DNA of 19,997 nt from an uncultured cyanobacterium. GTDB taxonomy: Bacteria > Cyanobacteriota > Cyanobacteriia > Leptolyngbyales > Leptolyngbyaceae. This document shows, piece by piece, positions 17,606 through 19,997 of the stretch. The stretch covers positions 1-19,997 of the forward strand of contig CAVYAN010000004.1 in assembly GCA_963766075.1 (NCBI GenBank), in the 5' to 3' direction. The notes beneath the pieces were generated by a model, which had not been told where the DNA came from, did not search any database, and saw nothing but the letters and a program-made list of their open reading frames with translations. The translations under genes and the position numbers were made by a program. Numbering within the stretch: position 1 is the stretch's first letter; each line of letters begins with the position of its first letter.

Positions 17606-18915
17606 GTGAATCATCGGACTGAGAAGCGTGGGAGGACATTAAAGCGCGAGTTGGATCTTTTTGGCGCTGTAGTCATGGGCCTGGGATCAATCTTGGGTAC
17701 TGGGGTGTTTGTCAGTTTGGGCGTGGCGGCGGGCATTGCTGGTCCAGCGGTGATTGTGGCGGTGGTGTTAGCGGCCCTAATCGCCATTTGTAATGGCTTG
17801 AGTAGTGCCCAACTGGCGGCCACCCATCCGGTGAGTGGGGGCACCTATGAGTATGGTTATCGCTATCTGAGCCCGCAGTTGGGGTTCACGGCGGGGTGGC
17901 TATTTTTGCTGGCAAAGTCGGCTTCAGCGGCCACGGCGGCCCTCGGGTTTGCAGGGTACTTGTTGAGTAGCGTGGGCTGGACGGCACAGGGTTGGTTGGT
18001 GCCCGTGGCGCTGACAACGGTCCTCGGTTTGACGCTGATTGCCTATGGTGGGGTGCAAAAGTCTCGGCGGGCCAATGGTGTACTGGTCTGTGTCACCCTA
18101 GCGGCCCTTGGCTTTTTCGTAATGGCAGGAGTACCGCTCCTGATCGGCCAAGGGATGACGAATTTCAGGCCGATGTTTCCCCACGGTGCCGATCCAGCGG
18201 GTCTGTTGCAAGCGACGGCACTGCTGTTTGTGGCCTATGGGGGCTATGCCCGTATTACCACAATGGCGGAGGAGGTGAAATTCCCGCCCAGACCATCCCG
18301 TGCGCTATTATTCTTTGTCTGGGACTCACGATGGCGGTGTATTTGGCGATCGCAATTGTCGCTGTGGGGGTAGTCGGTGGTCCGGCCCTAGGGGATGCGG
18401 CACTAGGTGGAGCACCCTTGGTTCGGGTGGTGCAGAAGTTTGGGGTACCCGGTGGGGCACAAGTATTGGCTGTGGGGGCGATGACGGCCCTGCTGGGGGT
18501 ATTACTGAACTTAATTCTGGGGCTGTCGCGGGTGCTTTTGGCGATGGCGCGGCGGGGCGATATGCCCCGGAGTTTGGCCCAGTTGAATGCGGCGCAAACG
18601 ACGCCGGGGCGGGCTGTTCTGGTGATGGGTGGGGCGATCGCCTTACTGGTGCTTTTGGGCAATGTCAAAACCACCTGGTCCTTCAGTGCTTTTTCCGTAC
18701 TGAGCTACTATGCTCTGGCCAATTTGGCGGCGCTGCGCTTGCCGCGGGGGGATTGCCACTATCCTCGTTGGATTGCATGGGTGGGTTTGGGCTCCTGTGG
18801 TTTTCTGGCCTTTTGGGTGGAACCTCAGATTTGGTTGACGGGATTGGGGGCGATTGCTATAGGACTGGTGTGGAAAGCAGGCATGGATCGGTGGAATCGG
18901 CGATCGCCCCAGTAG
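17606..18915 (+). pseudogene. APC-superfamily amino acid permease split by a 1-nt frameshift at ~18278-18285; real lesion or sequencing error
   Basis: GTG 17606 is preceded by AGGAG (17593-17597). The first frame has LKRELDLFGAVVMGLGSILGTGVF, HPVSGGTYEYG and LFVAYGGYARITTMAEEVK. The second frame continues PAQTIPCAII...SRVLLAMARRGDMP. One base is missing; joined length is about 436 aa. Confidence 0.88.
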
Positions 18916-18980
18916 ACCGGGACTACACCCTCGTCTAGTTCACCCATGCCTGCCAAAATCAGGAGTATGCCAAAATTAGG

Positions 18981-19985
18981 ATGGGTAACCGTACTATTCC
19001 GAATCCTATGCACCTGCATTTTTCCTTCCCCCACACGAACCCACCCTTATCCCCTCGGCAAACCTTGCCGACGATGTATGATTTGCCCAGTGAGAATCCG
19101 GAGGAGCCAGGATTGCCTGACGAGTTTCATGATCTGCAACCGCAACTGCTCAGCCGCACGCTGCATTTGGTGGACTATGCGGCAGACCGTATCTTTACTG
19201 GGTCTGACTTGAATCTATATTACGATGTGCGCCATCCACTCTGGTACAAGCGTGCGGATTGGTTTTTGGCGGTGGATGTGCCGCGCCTTTACGATGGGAC
19301 AGACCTGCGATCGAGCTATGTGATCTGGCAGGAAGGCGTTGTCCCCTTTGTGGTGGTGGAGTTGCTCTCTCCAGGTACCGCCCAGGACGATCTAGGGGAC
19401 TATGCCGATCCGCAATCTGAGGACAGTACGGAGGACCTCACGGCAGATAGTGCTGACGTAATGCGGGCCAGGGAGGAGCGCAGCCTCCCTGCCCCCGAGA
19501 ATCTTGTCGCCAACGATGCATTACGCTCGAAGCCCCCGCGCAAATGGGACGTGTATGAACGGATTCTGCGGGTGCCCTACTATGTGGTGTTCAATCGCCC
19601 CAACGGTCAGATCCGGTTTTTTCAACTGGTGGGGGCACACTATCAAGAACAAGCTCTGAATCCTGCGAATCCTAAAGTCTGGATTCCAGAGTTAAAGGCG
19701 GGTTTAGGGCTATGGCAGGGCGTTTTTGCCGGGGTCTCCCGGTTGTGGCTGCGCTGGTGCGATCAGCAGGGCCATTGGATGCCGACGGATACAGAAGTCG
19801 AGCAGCAGCGGGCTGAAGCTGAGCAACAACGAGCTGAAGCTGAGCAGCAGCGGGCTGAGAAAGCCGAGGCTCAGTTGAGGCAAACGGTAAAGCACCTGTT
19901 GCAGTTGGGAATGTCGGTGGCACAGGTGGCTCAGATCACTGGACTGGCGGTGGAGCGAGTGGACGAGTGGAGTGATCCGGTCTGA
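18981..19985 (+). CDS. Uma2-family (DUF820, PD-(D/E)XK) putative endonuclease
   Basis: TLPTMYDLPSENPEEPGLPDEFH, DLNLYYD, SYVIWQEGVVPFVVVELLSPGT, KWDVYERILRVPYYVVF and WLRWCD motifs, with a C-terminal EQQRAE coil. The start could be ATG 19008. Confidence 0.92.
   Translation: MGNRTIPNPMHLHFSFPHTNPPLSPRQTLPTMYDLPSENPEEPGLPDEFHDLQPQLLSRTLHLVDYAADRIFTGSDLNLYYDVRHPLWYKRADWFLAVDVPRLYDGTDLRSSYVIWQEGVVPFVVVELLSPGTAQDDLGDYADPQSEDSTEDLTADSADVMRAREERSLPAPENLVANDALRSKPPRKWDVYERILRVPYYVVFNRPNGQIRFFQLVGAHYQEQALNPANPKVWIPELKAGLGLWQGVFAGVSRLWLRWCDQQGHWMPTDTEVEQQRAEAEQQRAEAEQQRAEKAEAQLRQTVKHLLQLGMSVAQVAQITGLAVERVDEWSDPV
19800..19860. repeat. In-frame 21-bp repeat x3 (EQQRAEA coiled-coil heptads)
   Basis: Three GAGCAGCAGCGGGCTGAAGCT-like units, typical of Uma2 C-termini. 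Confidence 0.8.
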
Positions 19986-19997
19986 TTGTTGGGGGAT

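Noticed and set aside
18300..18938. 212-aa third-frame ORF in the permease
   Set aside because: It is a Gly-rich off-frame reading of GC-rich hydrophobic codons, with no independent support.

Overview
This is cyanobacterial DNA, judged by frequent HIP1 GCGATCGC octamers and cyanobacteria-typical gene families. Bases 1-4.2 kb are AT-richer and HIP1-poor. They hold an ammonium transporter (amt) and a convergent membrane protein carrying only the post-NTPase helical part of an AAA_35 domain, bracketed by two copies of a REP-like palindrome. An aldo/keto reductase follows. Next is a ~10 kb minus-strand signalling cluster: a TpsA/filamentous-haemagglutinin remnant, an exported TPR-CHAT protease, an exported DUF928 protein, a CHASE2 hybrid histidine kinase (1-nt frameshift), a REC-PAS protein with no output domain, and a membrane-anchored AAA_35 NTPase. 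The right end has a stand-alone FHA protein, prfB with its programmed +1 frameshift, an orphan terminator, a frameshifted APC amino-acid permease and a Uma2 endonuclease. All family assignments come from motifs recognised by eye; no searches were run.
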